Positions 29,628 to 40,193 are shown, numbered from the stretch's first letter. The stretch: 64,000 nucleotides of DNA from an uncultured delta proteobacterium (GCA_963828255.1 CAWHDZ010000027.1:128001-192000); one strand, 5' to 3'. A program made the numbers and translations. The notes: generated by a model from the letters alone, not told the origin.

Positions 29628-31502
29628 ATGACGAGCGGCAAGGCCATCCAGATCCTGGCGGCAGCGGTGCTGGCGCTATCCTTCCTCCCCTCCTGCAAGC
29701 GGACGGAGCCGGAGAAGGCGTCCGTCCCCCGGCCTCCGGCGTCCGTTCCCGGTCCGGAGGCGACCAGTCCACAGGAGCCCGATCGACTCCCTGCGCCACC
29801 CTCGCTCCCGGCCCCGCCCTCCGCCGATCCCGGGCGTCCGGAAGTCCGCACCGCGCGCCCCGTCACCCCGAGGGGCATCGTCGCCAGGTCCGGCCCCGGC
29901 CCCACCGAGGTCGAGCTGTCCTGGAAGCCCGCCCCCGAGAACGACGGCGTGACCCGATATGAGGTGACCGCGGACGGCGCCGTGGTCGCCCTCGGGCCTG
30001 CTGCCAGCGCCCGCGTCGGAGGGCTCCCCTCGGGGCGCGAGCACTGCTTCACCGTCAGTGCACTGGACGCTGCCGGCAACCGCTCCCTTCCGTCGGCACC
30101 GGCCTGCGCGGCCGTGCCGGACGTCACGCCGCCCACGGCGCCGACCGAGCTGGTGGCCGAGGCGAACGCAGCTCGGGTCGATCTCCACTGGTCCGCCGCC
30201 ACCGACGACGTCGGCGTGGCCGGATACGAGGTGCTCCGTGGAGGTGCCCTGGTCACCGCCACCCAGGCGACCGCTGCGACCGAGTCCGATCTGAAGGCCG
30301 CCGTGGCCCATTGCTACGTCGTCGTCGCCCTCGACGCGGCGGGAAACCGCTCGGCGCCGTCGGCCCCTGCCTGTGCCACGCTCCCCGACTTGACGCCGCC
30401 ATCCGCGCCGGGCGCCCTCCGGGCCACGTCGCCGTCCGAGACCGACGTGGTGCTGTCGTGGGGAGCGGCCACGGACGACGTGGGCGTGACCGGATACGAA
30501 GTGGCCCGGGGCGACGCGGTCGCGATCCGGGCGCCCGGCACGAGCGCCGGCGACACCGGCCTCGCGGCAGGGACCACCCACTGCTATCGCGTGCGGGCGC
30601 TCGACGCCGCCGGCAACCGGGGCCCCTTTTCCCCCGAGGCCTGCGTCACCACGCTCGACCTCGCCCCTCCCTCGATGCCCGGGTCGGTCGTCGCGGCGGA
30701 GGGGGCCCGCTCGGAGGTGCGCGTCCGCTGGGGGGCATCCACCGACAACGTCGGCGTGGCGCGCTACGAGGTGCGGCGCGAGGGCAAGCTGGTTGAAACC
30801 ACGGACGGGCTGACGATCGCCGAAGCTGGTCTCCCCGAGGGAACCTTCCTCTGCTACACGGTCAAGGCCTTCGACAGGGCCGGCAACGCCTCCGCCGTGA
30901 CCCTTCCCGCTTGCACCACGCTTCCGGACCGGACCCCACCCAGCGTGCCCACCGGCGTCCGGTCCGTGGCCGTCTCCGGAAACCAAGTCTTCGTCACCTG
31001 GATCCCGTCCAGGGACAACGTGGCGGTGGAGGGCTACGAGGTCCTGCGGGACGGGGCGGTGGTGGCACGGGACGGCAGGCCTCGGGTCACGGTGGCGCCC
31101 CTCTCCCCCGAGACGCGGCACTGCTTCACCGTCCGCGCAGTAGACGTGGCCGGAAACCGTTCCGGCGAGAGCCCCGAGGCCTGCTCCAGGACCGCCGAGG
31201 CCGGCGCGATCGTCGCGCCGACCAACCTCCAGGCGAGAGCGGAGGGGGACGACGAGATCGTGTTCACGTGGGACCCGTCGCCGGAGAAGGGGGTCGTCTA
31301 CGTGGTGTTCTGGGAGGGGGACGAGAAGGGGGGCGGTGCCTCGCCGAAGGGACCGATCGGACGAAGGATCGCGACCACGCCGCACGCCACCATCCGGCTT
31401 TCCAAGAACTTCACCAAGGCCGACCGCTGCTTCCGCGTGGCTGCGCAGGGCATGGACCTGAGGTTCTCCCCTCAGACGTTGCCCGCCTGCGCGGGGAAGT
31501 GA
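29628..31502 (+). CDS. Lipoprotein with six fibronectin type III repeats
   Basis: Lipobox-like FLPSC, Pro-rich linker, repeats W...DDVGVxGYEV...HCYxVxALDAAGNxS...AC. Confidence 0.85.
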   Translation: MTSGKAIQILAAAVLALSFLPSCKRTEPEKASVPRPPASVPGPEATSPQEPDRLPAPPSLPAPPSADPGRPEVRTARPVTPRGIVARSGPGPTEVELSWKPAPENDGVTRYEVTADGAVVALGPAASARVGGLPSGREHCFTVSALDAAGNRSLPSAPACAAVPDVTPPTAPTELVAEANAARVDLHWSAATDDVGVAGYEVLRGGALVTATQATAATESDLKAAVAHCYVVVALDAAGNRSAPSAPACATLPDLTPPSAPGALRATSPSETDVVLSWGAATDDVGVTGYEVARGDAVAIRAPGTSAGDTGLAAGTTHCYRVRALDAAGNRGPFSPEACVTTLDLAPPSMPGSVVAAEGARSEVRVRWGASTDNVGVARYEVRREGKLVETTDGLTIAEAGLPEGTFLCYTVKAFDRAGNASAVTLPACTTLPDRTPPSVPTGVRSVAVSGNQVFVTWIPSRDNVAVEGYEVLRDGAVVARDGRPRVTVAPLSPETRHCFTVRAVDVAGNRSGESPEACSRTAEAGAIVAPTNLQARAEGDDEIVFTWDPSPEKGVVYVVFWEGDEKGGGASPKGPIGRRIATTPHATIRLSKNFTKADRCFRVAAQGMDLRFSPQTLPACAGK

Positions 31503-31590
31503 AAACGGGAGAGAGCCCCGGCCGTCCACCGGAACTCCCTCCCACTGCGACCGGCGCGCCCTGGGGGGACGAAACCGGCACTGCGAGATT

Positions 31591-31719
31591 TCAGGCCCTT
31601 CGTAGCAGCTGGCGCACGGGGCGCCGCACCGGCACCGGGGACGCCGCCCGGATCGCCTGCGCAGCCCGGAGGGTCGCCGCCAGGGCGATGATGCCGATGA
31701 CCATGATCAGGGTCGTCAC
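31591..31719 (-). CDS. Small membrane peptide (42 aa)
   Basis: GTG 31719 with GAGG RBS; MTTLIMVIGIIALAATLRAAQ... single hydrophobic helix and basic tail. Confidence 0.4.
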   Translation of the reverse strand: MTTLIMVIGIIALAATLRAAQAIRAASPVPVRRPVRQLLRRA

Positions 31720-31760
31720 GGCTCGTTCCTCCTGCTCCAGCGTGTTGCGTGGGCCTCGTC

Positions 31761-32353
31761 CTACTGGTTCGGGTAGATGTCGGGGTGGCAGACCTCGCAC
31801 CCGTTCCAGACGGCGTGCTTCCTGTCGGAGAAGATCACGTTCGACGCCCGCCCCATCGACTTGATGGTGACGTCCATGTCCATGGCGAGGGGCTTGCGCG
31901 GGATGGACATGCCGGGCAGTTCGTCCACCGGACGGACGAGCCTCGCTGCCTCGGCCGCATCCCAGTCGATCTCGCCGGTCTGCTCGCCCCGGGGCATCTT
32001 TCCGGCGAAGGCCTCGAAGTCCTGCCGTCGCGTCACGGGATCGCCCAGGTCGTGGCAGGCGCCGCAGTGGTAGCCGGCCGCGTTGTCGGCGGCCCGGATG
32101 CCGGTACCGTTCGCCGTCATGGCGAACCCGATGTCCACGTGGCAGAGGCGGCAGGTGTACCGGGAGCGGTGACGCCAGTGGTCGAACACCACCGGGCCAG
32201 CCCCGCCTTCTCCGACCGCCGGTCCAGCACCACACGCCCGAACTCGGGCGGAAGGGGCCGGCGCTTCCTTCCCGGCGTGGTTTCCGGGAATGCCGCGCCC
32301 GGGAGGCATGCCGCGAGCGCCACGAGCCCTGCGACGAGACCGATGCGCGTCAT
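31761..32353 (-). pseudogene. Degenerate c(7)-type triheme-repeat cytochrome c
   Basis: Signal and PPEFGRVVLDRRSEKAGL in one frame; PVVFDHWRHR...CRLCH...CGACH...CEVCH in another (frameshift ~32195); early stop. Confidence 0.75.
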
Positions 32354-32522
32354 GTGCCCCCCCCGGAGATGGGAATCCACTCTACAGAGGCGCCGACGAT
32401 CGGCCTCGACCCCGCTCACTCCCGGCCGGGTGCCCTTCACCATGCCGGCTCCCATGCCCCCAGGATGTGGTACTTTTTCCGGCCCGGCCGCGTGGGTCGG
32501 GCGTCACGATTCCGGAGAGAAC

Positions 32523-33611
32523 ATGAGCACGAAGAAGTTCCGCGTCGGCGTCCTGGGCGCCACCGGCATGGTCGGTCAGCGCTTCCTGTCCCTTCTCGAG
32601 GACCACCCCTGGTACGAGGTCTCCGTCCTCGCCGCCAGCGCCAACTCGGCCGGCCAGAAGTACGCCGACGCCGTGAAGGGGCGCTGGGCGCTCGCCAGGC
32701 CAGCGCCGGCGAGGTACGCGGGCCTCACGGTCCACAACGCCTCCGACGTGGCCAAGATCGCCGACCAGGTCGACTTCGTCTTCTGCGCCGTCGACATGAC
32801 GAAGGAGGAGACGGCGAAGCTCGAGGAGGACTACGCCCGCGCCGAGACCCCGGTGGTGTCCAACAACTCGGCCCACCGGGCCACGCCCGACGTCCCCATG
32901 ATGGTCCCCGAGGTGAACCCGGAGCACGCCACGGTGATCGACGCGCAGCGCAGGCGGCTCGGGACGAAGCGCGGCTTCGTGGCCGTGAAGCCCAACTGCT
33001 CGCTGCAGAGCTACGTGCCGGCCATCCACCCGCTCATGAAGTTCGGGCCGAAGCGCATCGCGGTGTGCACCTACCAGGCCATCAGCGGCGCCGGAAAGAC
33101 CTTCGAGACCTGGCCGGAGATGGTCGACAACCTCATCCCGTTCATCAAGGGGGAGGAGGAGAAGTCGGAGAAGGAGCCCATGAAGATCTGGGGCTCCCAG
33201 AAGGACGGCAAGATCGTCGCGGCGACCGAGCCGGTCATCTCCGCACAGTGCATCCGCGTCCCTGCCTCCGACGGCCACATGGCCGCGGTCTTCCTCCAGC
33301 TCGAGAAGAAGGCCTCGAAGGAGGAGATCGTCGACCTCTGGCGCACCTTCGAGGGCAAGCCGCAGACGCTCGGCCTCCCCAGCGCGCCGAAGCCGTTCCT
33401 CACCTACTTCGAGGAGGAGAACCGGCCCCAGACCCGGCTCGACCGGGATGCCGGCGGAGGCATGGGCGTGACCATCGGCCGGCTGCGCCCGGACGTGCTC
33501 TTCGACTGGCGCTTCGTCGCTCTCTCCCACAACACCGTCCGCGGCGCCGCAGGCGGTGCAGTGCTCACTGCCGAGCTCCTGACGAAGGATGGGTACATCG
33601 AGCGGAAGTGA
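32523..33611 (+). CDS. asd: Aspartate-semialdehyde dehydrogenase
   Basis: GVLGATGMVGQ, VPEVN, KPNC, TYQAISGAG, SHNTVRGAAGG. Confidence 0.95.
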   Translation: MSTKKFRVGVLGATGMVGQRFLSLLEDHPWYEVSVLAASANSAGQKYADAVKGRWALARPAPARYAGLTVHNASDVAKIADQVDFVFCAVDMTKEETAKLEEDYARAETPVVSNNSAHRATPDVPMMVPEVNPEHATVIDAQRRRLGTKRGFVAVKPNCSLQSYVPAIHPLMKFGPKRIAVCTYQAISGAGKTFETWPEMVDNLIPFIKGEEEKSEKEPMKIWGSQKDGKIVAATEPVISAQCIRVPASDGHMAAVFLQLEKKASKEEIVDLWRTFEGKPQTLGLPSAPKPFLTYFEEENRPQTRLDRDAGGGMGVTIGRLRPDVLFDWRFVALSHNTVRGAAGGAVLTAELLTKDGYIERK

Positions 33612-33641
33612 GCCCGGGCGCGAGCGCGGACAGGAGACCGG

Positions 33642-34082
33642 ATGACTTCCGTTCCACCCAGAACCGTGCGTCGGGTTGGCGCGATGGCCGTCGCCGTGGC
33701 CGGGGCCGCCTGGATCCAGGTCGGGCCGCAGAGTCCGCGGGCGCCCGACACCATCACGCCCGTGCTGGATGCCATGGCGCCGCTGCGTGCGCACCTTTCC
33801 TCCCACGCCCGGGTGGGATTCGTCGTGGGAGTCGACCCCGCCGCTTCCTACGACGACCTCGTAGATCGGATGCTGGCCCAGTACGCCCTGGCCCCGGCAC
33901 GGGTCGAGGCCGTCGTGTTCGACCAGTGCCGATCAGGCCCCGCGTGCGACCCGGGCAGGTTTGACGTGCTGGTCGTGAACGCCGCTCTCCCTGGCGCCGC
34001 AGCGCACCTCGCTCGCACCCTGGACGCGACCTTCGTCGCCGAGTCGCGAGGGTTCGTCCTCCTCCGGCTGGGTGGACGATGA
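33642..34082 (+). CDS. Hypothetical exported/membrane-anchored protein
   Basis: N-terminal hydrophobic segment, AQYALAP motif, ATGA coupling to the next gene. Confidence 0.55.
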   Translation: MTSVPPRTVRRVGAMAVAVAGAAWIQVGPQSPRAPDTITPVLDAMAPLRAHLSSHARVGFVVGVDPAASYDDLVDRMLAQYALAPARVEAVVFDQCRSGPACDPGRFDVLVVNAALPGAAAHLARTLDATFVAESRGFVLLRLGGR

Positions 34083-35431
34083 TCCCGGAGATCGCCGGCC
34101 TGGCATTGCCTTGCGCAGCTGCCTGGCGCGTCATCGATCGCTGGGATCCCCCGGGGCACCGGGGGCTCTTCTGGTTTCTCGGACACGCCGCTTCAGCGCT
34201 CATCGTCGGGATCGGCGTCGCGTCCGTCTGGACCTTCCTCTGGCTGCTCCTCGGCGGGGTGTTTGGCCCCTGGTTCCTCGCCGCCGACGTCGTGCTCTGG
34301 CTCGGAATCGCGCTCGCCGTTCGAGGCCGGGGCTCGCGCGTTCCGAGAAGCAAACCGGGAGAGGGCCTTCCCTTCGCCCTGCTGGTCCTCGGGCTCGTCG
34401 CCCTGTCGTGGAACTTCCATCGCATCACCGGAGCGAGCCCCCATGGCGACTGGGACGCCTGGGGCATCTGGAACGTCCGGGCTGCCTTCCTGTTCCGTTC
34501 CGGTGCGGACTGGAAGTCCACCTTCGTCACCGGCAGCTTCGCACTTCACCATCCCGAATATCCGCTCCTCCTTCCGCTTTCCGTCGCCCGGCTCTGGGCC
34601 TACGGGAGCGAGGGACCGCTCGCTCCCGCGCTGATCGCCTCGAGCTTCGGGCTGGCCCTGCCGGCCCTCGCGGCCTGGCACGGCCGGCGGGTGGCCGGCC
34701 CGACGGCCGGAGCGCTGGTCGGCCTCCTCGTGATCGGGACCCCGCGCATGGCTTACGTCTCGGCCTTCCAGCTCGCCGACGTCCCGCTGGCTGCGTACCT
34801 GGTCGCGGGGTGCGGCGCCCTCCTCGGCGTGCCGTCGCGCCGGGTCGTCGTGGCGGGGCTCTGTCTCGGGTTCGCTGGCTGGACGAAGAACGAGGGAGTC
34901 GTCGCCGCCGTGGTCGCGGCGTGCACGTTCTGGCTGGTCATGCGTCGGTCGGATCCGGGCGCCGCCCGGAGCTGGGCCTCCCGCGTCCTCCTCGGCGGAG
35001 CCCTTCCCGCGGGAGCCTGGATCGCCTTCCACCTCTTCGTGACGCCACACGTCATCCTCGACTTCGAGCCGGCGGCAAACCTGGGGACCCTGGACAAGCT
35101 CATCGACCCAGGGCGCTGGCGGGAGGTCGTACTGGGAGTCGGGAGATTGTTCCCCGGCATCTCGACCTGGTACCCGGCCGTCGCCCTGATCGCGGTGGCC
35201 TTGCACGGGCTCACACCACGAGCGCTCCTGCGGTCCGTCCCCTTCCTGCTCTCCGTCGCCATGTCCGCCGTCTACTTCCTCGCCTTCCTGATCACGCCGA
35301 GGGACCTGGGCTGGCACCTGGACACCGCGGCCCCACGTCTGTGGCTGCAGCTCTGGCCGCTCGCCCTGCTCGGCCTGGTCACGGCGGTCGAACGGGACGA
35401 GCTGGCGCAAACGGCGGCTGGCCTCCGCTAG
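34079..35431 (+). CDS. Polytopic membrane protein, GT-C (ArnT/PMT-like) glycosyltransferase
   Basis: About 12 TM segments; WDAWGIWNVRA, HPEYPLLLP, ADVP, WTKNEG motifs. Confidence 0.65.
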   Translation: MIPEIAGLALPCAAAWRVIDRWDPPGHRGLFWFLGHAASALIVGIGVASVWTFLWLLLGGVFGPWFLAADVVLWLGIALAVRGRGSRVPRSKPGEGLPFALLVLGLVALSWNFHRITGASPHGDWDAWGIWNVRAAFLFRSGADWKSTFVTGSFALHHPEYPLLLPLSVARLWAYGSEGPLAPALIASSFGLALPALAAWHGRRVAGPTAGALVGLLVIGTPRMAYVSAFQLADVPLAAYLVAGCGALLGVPSRRVVVAGLCLGFAGWTKNEGVVAAVVAACTFWLVMRRSDPGAARSWASRVLLGGALPAGAWIAFHLFVTPHVILDFEPAANLGTLDKLIDPGRWREVVLGVGRLFPGISTWYPAVALIAVALHGLTPRALLRSVPFLLSVAMSAVYFLAFLITPRDLGWHLDTAAPRLWLQLWPLALLGLVTAVERDELAQTAAGLR

Positions 35432-35439
35432 ACACGGTC

Positions 35440-37332
35440 TCATTCCCCGATCACGCCGCAGCGGAGCCGCCCTCGGCGGACATCGGATTCCTGGCGTCCG
35501 CCGCCTCCGGGCAGCTGCCCGTAGCGCCGCCAGGTCGCGCAGGCCTCCCGCTGCATCCCGAGAAGTTCCTGCGCCTGCGCCACGTTGTAGAGCGGCGTCG
35601 GGTCGTCGGGGCTGGCGACCGAGGCCTGCCGGAAGGCCGAGAGGGCTCCCGGGAGGTCGCCCCGGCGCGCCAGGATCTGGCCGAGCGTCGTGTAGCCATT
35701 CGGCTGGTCGGCGTCGAGCTGGATGGATCGCCGGGCCCGGCGCTCGGCCTCGTCCAGCAGTCCCTGGGCCTCGAAGCAGATGGCGAGGTTGTTCTGCACG
35801 CCCGCGTCCCGCGGCAGGAGCTTCTCGGCCTCCACCAGCACGGCGGTCGCGCGGCCCAGCTGTCCTAGGTCGATGAGGTTCGCTCCCATGTTGCGGAGCA
35901 CCTCGGCGCGATCCTCGGGCCGGCTGGCCAGGGCGAGGGCGCGCTCCCGGAGTTGCAGGGCTCGCTGGAAGTCGCCGCGGCTGGCGACCACCTGGGCCTG
36001 GTTCTGGTAGGCCCTCCAGTTCCCGGGCGCCTTCGCCGCCGCGTCGGCCCAGACGGTTCCGGGGTCGGCCCACACGGCATTGCGCCGGTGGAGCGCGACG
36101 CCCAGGACCGCGCAGACGAGGAGCGTCAGCAAGAGGCCCGCCATCGCCGCCCGGGCCGGAGGGTGGACCCTTCGCTCCAGCGCCACCGATGCCAGCGCGA
36201 CGGCGGCCAGCACCAGGCCCCAGGACGCGAGGTAGACCCGGTGCTCGAACATGAGGTCCACCAGGGGGACGATGCTGGAGGTCGGTGAGACGACGATGAA
36301 GAACCAGGCGACCCCGAACGCCGCCAGCCGCGACGCCCGCGCCAACCCCGGGTTCCGGCCCGGCCGGCTCGCCCACCAGGCCAGTGCTCCGACCCCGGCG
36401 CAGAGTCCCAGGAGCAAGGCGCCCGACGCCAGGACCCCGGGCTCCAGGAGGGAGTGGCTGGGCGCCACGTCGTGGTCGAGGTTGAGCCCTGCGGGCCACG
36501 CCAGAAGTCGCAGGTACCGCACCAGCACTCCCGGCTGGCTGAGAGCGTAGTCCCAGGGCGTGAGCCCAGGGATGTCGAAGCCGGCGTCGCCGCTGCCCTC
36601 CACCGAACGAACCGTCCGGAGGCCGATGCGCGCGGCCAGGAGCGCGAAGGGCGCGGCCATCCCGAGGCGGACGACCCAGGCCCGGCCGCGCGGCCCCCCG
36701 GGAAGGTGGACCAGCACCAGCGCGGCCACGATCGTCGCGGGGAGCGTCACCACGATCGGCTTGGAGTCGAAACCGGCCAGGGCCGCTCCGAGCGCCCCGA
36801 GGTAGGCGGCCACGCCCGCCCCGGTCCGCCCACGCTCCGCGGCGACCAGCACGAGCAGCAGCGCCAGCAGGTAGAACAGCGAAGCCATCACCTCGGACCG
36901 CTGGACGACGTAGTTCACCGCCTGGCTGTTGAGCGGGTGGAGCGCCCAGATCGCCGCGGCAGCCAGCGCCGGGCCCCGGGGCTCGGGCCAGCCGACGCCC
37001 GCGAGCAGCCTGCGCCCGAGGAAGTAGGTCCCCAGGACCGCGAGGAGGTGGAACGCCAGGCTGGTCAGGTGGAAGGCGCGCGGATCGAGCCCGGACCACG
37101 CGTAGTTCGCCGCGAAGGTCAGGTCGGGGAGGACCCGGGTACCGGTGCCGAGCCTCTCGCCCAGCTCCTTCCCCGCGAATCCGGCCAGGTCCTTGACCGC
37201 CCGGTTCTGCGAGATCTGCGCGACGTCGTCGAAGAGGAGCCCGCCGTCGAGCGAGCTCGAGTACGCGATCCCCGTGACGATCAGGAGGGCGGCGAGCAGC
37301 GCCGCCGCTCTCGCTCCGGTCGTGGTCACCAT
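35440..37332 (-). CDS. TMTC-like GT-C glycosyltransferase with C-terminal TPR repeats
   Basis: LFDD acidic loop after TM1, ALHPLNSQAVNYVVQRSE, P-x-GLNLDHD, FEHRVYL, RNAVWAD, TPRs. Confidence 0.8.
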   Translation of the reverse strand: MVTTTGARAAALLAALLIVTGIAYSSSLDGGLLFDDVAQISQNRAVKDLAGFAGKELGERLGTGTRVLPDLTFAANYAWSGLDPRAFHLTSLAFHLLAVLGTYFLGRRLLAGVGWPEPRGPALAAAAIWALHPLNSQAVNYVVQRSEVMASLFYLLALLLVLVAAERGRTGAGVAAYLGALGAALAGFDSKPIVVTLPATIVAALVLVHLPGGPRGRAWVVRLGMAAPFALLAARIGLRTVRSVEGSGDAGFDIPGLTPWDYALSQPGVLVRYLRLLAWPAGLNLDHDVAPSHSLLEPGVLASGALLLGLCAGVGALAWWASRPGRNPGLARASRLAAFGVAWFFIVVSPTSSIVPLVDLMFEHRVYLASWGLVLAAVALASVALERRVHPPARAAMAGLLLTLLVCAVLGVALHRRNAVWADPGTVWADAAAKAPGNWRAYQNQAQVVASRGDFQRALQLRERALALASRPEDRAEVLRNMGANLIDLGQLGRATAVLVEAEKLLPRDAGVQNNLAICFEAQGLLDEAERRARRSIQLDADQPNGYTTLGQILARRGDLPGALSAFRQASVASPDDPTPLYNVAQAQELLGMQREACATWRRYGQLPGGGGRQESDVRRGRLRCGVIGE

Positions 37333-37338
37333 CCCCGG

Positions 37339-39108
37339 TCAGGGCTTGGGGGGCGCGGGAGCGGCCGGCGGCGGTCCTGCTGCGCCACCGTGACCGGCCG
37401 GGGGCGAACCACCGTGCCCGCCCATTCCACCTCCGGCACCTCCGTGCCCCCCCGGTGCGTCGCCGGACCCCTCCATCACCGGCGCTGGCTTCACGACGGG
37501 AAGGGGGTTGTCCCGCAGGTACTTCCGGATGGCCGCGTCGCTCACCTCGATGTCGGCGTGGCTCCGCAATTCCCCGAGGAACCGCCTGAACCGTTCCATG
37601 CGGCGCTTCGTGAGCAGCTCGTCCTTGATCTCCTTCTCGGCCTCGGGGCGCTCGATCGGCTTCGCAGGCCGGATGTCGAGGACCTTGATCACGTGGATGC
37701 CGTCAGGAGCGGTGAGGGGGTCCAGCACCTCGCCCGTCCGGGCAGTGAACACCGGCCCGAAGCTCTCGGGGACGTCCTTCCTCTCCGTCCAGCCGACCAT
37801 CCCGCCCTGCCTTCGCTGCGACTCGTTCTTCGAGGTGTCCGACGCAACCGCCTCGAAGCTCTCCCCGGCTGCCAGCCTTCGCTGCACTTCGGCGAGGGCC
37901 TCGGGATCGCCCACGATGGTCTGGGCCAGGAGGCGCGACTCCGGGACGACGAACTCGGCCTTTCGCGCCTCGTACTGCTCGTCGATCTCCTCGTCGGAGA
38001 CCGTCACCTCCTGGGTGACATACCGCTCGAGGTACAGATCGACGAGCATGTTCTCTTCCTGCGACAGGAGGGCTTCCACGATCGAAGGGTCCTCCCCGAG
38101 GCCGCGAGCCGTGGCCTCCGCCAGGAGAAGCCGCTCGGCGATGACGTCGCCCACCCCGACCTGGATCTCCGCGTCCTGGCGAACGGCGGGGACGGCCCGC
38201 AGGCGGTCCAGCTTCACCCGCGACGCCAGGTCGGATAGCGTGAAGCTACCTCCCGTCCAGGTGGCGCAGATAGTCTCGTCCTTGCTCGACCGGGCCTTCT
38301 CCAGGGAGGCGAGCGACAGGTCGCACGGAAGCATCTCGACCGCGTACTTGGCGCGCAGCCGCGCGATGAACTCCCTGTCCAGGGCCTCGACCTTGCGCCG
38401 CTCGATGACCCCCCGAAGACGCATGGAAACCTTGGCGAGCGGCGGCCGCTCGACCGGCTTGCGTTCCTCCAGCTTCAGGACGGTCCATCCCACGTTCGTC
38501 TCGAAGACGGGGCTGATGTCACCGGCCTGGAGGGCGAAGCCGGCCTCCTCGCGCACCTGCTGGAGATCCCCCCACCGGAGCACGAACAGCCCGCCGTTCA
38601 GCCGGCTGGGCGCGATCGACCGTTCCCTTGCAAGCGTCTCGACGTCCTCACCGACGAGCGCCCGGGTCCGCACCTCCTCCGCCTCGGCCCGGGTGACGGT
38701 CACCACCTCCCGGGCCAGGCCCGCCTCCCCGATCTTCTCGTAGGCCGCCTGCATCTCCTGTTCGGTCGCCTTGGACGGCTCATCGATCTCGCGCTTCACC
38801 AGGAGCTCGATCATCTTCCGCTCGCGCAGCTCCCTGAGTTCCTCGCGCAGGGCCGGATCGTCCTGGATCCCCGCTTGACGGGCCTCCTGGAGGAAGAGCT
38901 TCCGGTCGATGATGGCGTCCAGCACCATCCGTACCTCGGTCTCGGCGGCGAGGTACTTCTCGAACGAGCGGTGGCGCCGCCCGAACTCACGCTTGAGGTC
39001 CTGACCGGTGATCTCCTCCTCGTTGACCCTGGCCAGGTATCGAGGAGCGGCGCAGCCGGCGGAGGCGGTGGCGGAGATGAGGACGGCGGCGAGCAGCGAG
39101 TGTTTCAT
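37339..39108 (-). CDS. Parvulin-type peptidyl-prolyl isomerase/SurA-PrsA-like chaperone, lipoprotein, two PpiC domains
   Basis: Lipobox SAGC, LARVNEEEIT, LARERSIAPSRLNGG, GESFEAVASDTS...GGMVGW, GIHVIKV. Confidence 0.85.
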   Translation of the reverse strand: MKHSLLAAVLISATASAGCAAPRYLARVNEEEITGQDLKREFGRRHRSFEKYLAAETEVRMVLDAIIDRKLFLQEARQAGIQDDPALREELRELRERKMIELLVKREIDEPSKATEQEMQAAYEKIGEAGLAREVVTVTRAEAEEVRTRALVGEDVETLARERSIAPSRLNGGLFVLRWGDLQQVREEAGFALQAGDISPVFETNVGWTVLKLEERKPVERPPLAKVSMRLRGVIERRKVEALDREFIARLRAKYAVEMLPCDLSLASLEKARSSKDETICATWTGGSFTLSDLASRVKLDRLRAVPAVRQDAEIQVGVGDVIAERLLLAEATARGLGEDPSIVEALLSQEENMLVDLYLERYVTQEVTVSDEEIDEQYEARKAEFVVPESRLLAQTIVGDPEALAEVQRRLAAGESFEAVASDTSKNESQRRQGGMVGWTERKDVPESFGPVFTARTGEVLDPLTAPDGIHVIKVLDIRPAKPIERPEAEKEIKDELLTKRRMERFRRFLGELRSHADIEVSDAAIRKYLRDNPLPVVKPAPVMEGSGDAPGGHGGAGGGMGGHGGSPPAGHGGAAGPPPAAPAPPKP

Positions 39109-39137
39109 CGGGGAGTCACTCCAGGCGCACGGGCGCC

Positions 39138-40190
39138 TCAGTTTGCGCAAAGTTCCTTGACCAGATCCTGCACGACCCGCTCGCCCACCTCGAACTGGCC
39201 GGTTAGTGCGCCCAGCAGGAGCAATCCCTCGTACTGCTGGCCGCGGCGGAGTCGCCGCGCCGACCAGACGAGGCGACCGGTCGTGGCCTTGGTCAGGCTC
39301 GCGTGAACCTCGACCCTGGGTGTCTTGCCTGCCACCTGATCGGGGATCTCCTCGTAGGACAATATGTCACCCTGCAGGAAGAGACAGCCCCCGACCCGCG
39401 CCTCGAGACGGCTCATCTGGTCCCGGGAAAGCAGACGCGGACTCCAGATCCCCTCGTCGAGGAAGGCGCGCCGCAACTCGGCCGGCTCCACCACCTCGAA
39501 CTCGGGCCGCTCGCCCAGGGCCCGGGCGAAGAGGACTTCCACAGCCCGGGCCGCGTCGGGCGCAGGACTGTGGTTGGTGAACGGGAGGAGACAGACGCGC
39601 TGTGGCCGGCGCTCGAGGTCGGGCGCTCCGGCGGCCTTCGGCAATACGCACCGGCCGCCCGGCTGGACCCGGATCGGCCGGGGCCTCTCTGGGTCCGGGA
39701 AGCCGGAGAGGATCTCGAGAGCGGCCTTCCGGGCCAGTTCCCCTGGTGCGGCCGGTACGGGAGGTCCTTGCGTCGACCGACGCTCCGGACCCTTGGCCGC
39801 GGTCGCGGTCCAGCCCAGGCTGCCATCCGCCTCGACCAGCCGGACTGCGAGCCCCGCTCCCGGTTCCCGCTCGTCGCCCGCGGCGAGGAAGGATCCCATG
39901 ACCAGTCCCTCGACACCCAGTTCCTTGGCGAGGTCACCGACCTGCGCGACCGTCATGGAGTCCAGGTAGCGGACCCGGTGCTCTTCCAGGAACGGCTCGA
40001 TCCGGTCTCCGGTGACGACCTCGTAGCCCTTTCGGGCTAGTTCGAGCTCCATCGCCGTCATCACGGCGGAGCGGGCGTCCGGGCCCACCTTCCCGTTGAA
40101 CGGAAGGAGGCCCAGGCGTCGGACGCCGCCCGCGACGTCGTCCGGGAGAGCCACGAGAATCGCCAGAGTCACCGCTGCCCAGATGCTCAC
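39138..40190 (-). CDS. Exported protein with two CsgG/PelC/GNA1162-like domains
   Basis: LGLLPFNG...RLVEADGSLGW and VCLLPFTN...G.ILSYE...TTGRLVWS duplicated domain. Confidence 0.6.
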   Translation of the reverse strand: MSIWAAVTLAILVALPDDVAGGVRRLGLLPFNGKVGPDARSAVMTAMELELARKGYEVVTGDRIEPFLEEHRVRYLDSMTVAQVGDLAKELGVEGLVMGSFLAAGDEREPGAGLAVRLVEADGSLGWTATAAKGPERRSTQGPPVPAAPGELARKAALEILSGFPDPERPRPIRVQPGGRCVLPKAAGAPDLERRPQRVCLLPFTNHSPAPDAARAVEVLFARALGERPEFEVVEPAELRRAFLDEGIWSPRLLSRDQMSRLEARVGGCLFLQGDILSYEEIPDQVAGKTPRVEVHASLTKATTGRLVWSARRLRRGQQYEGLLLLGALTGQFEVGERVVQDLVKELCAN

Positions 40191-40193
40191 GGG

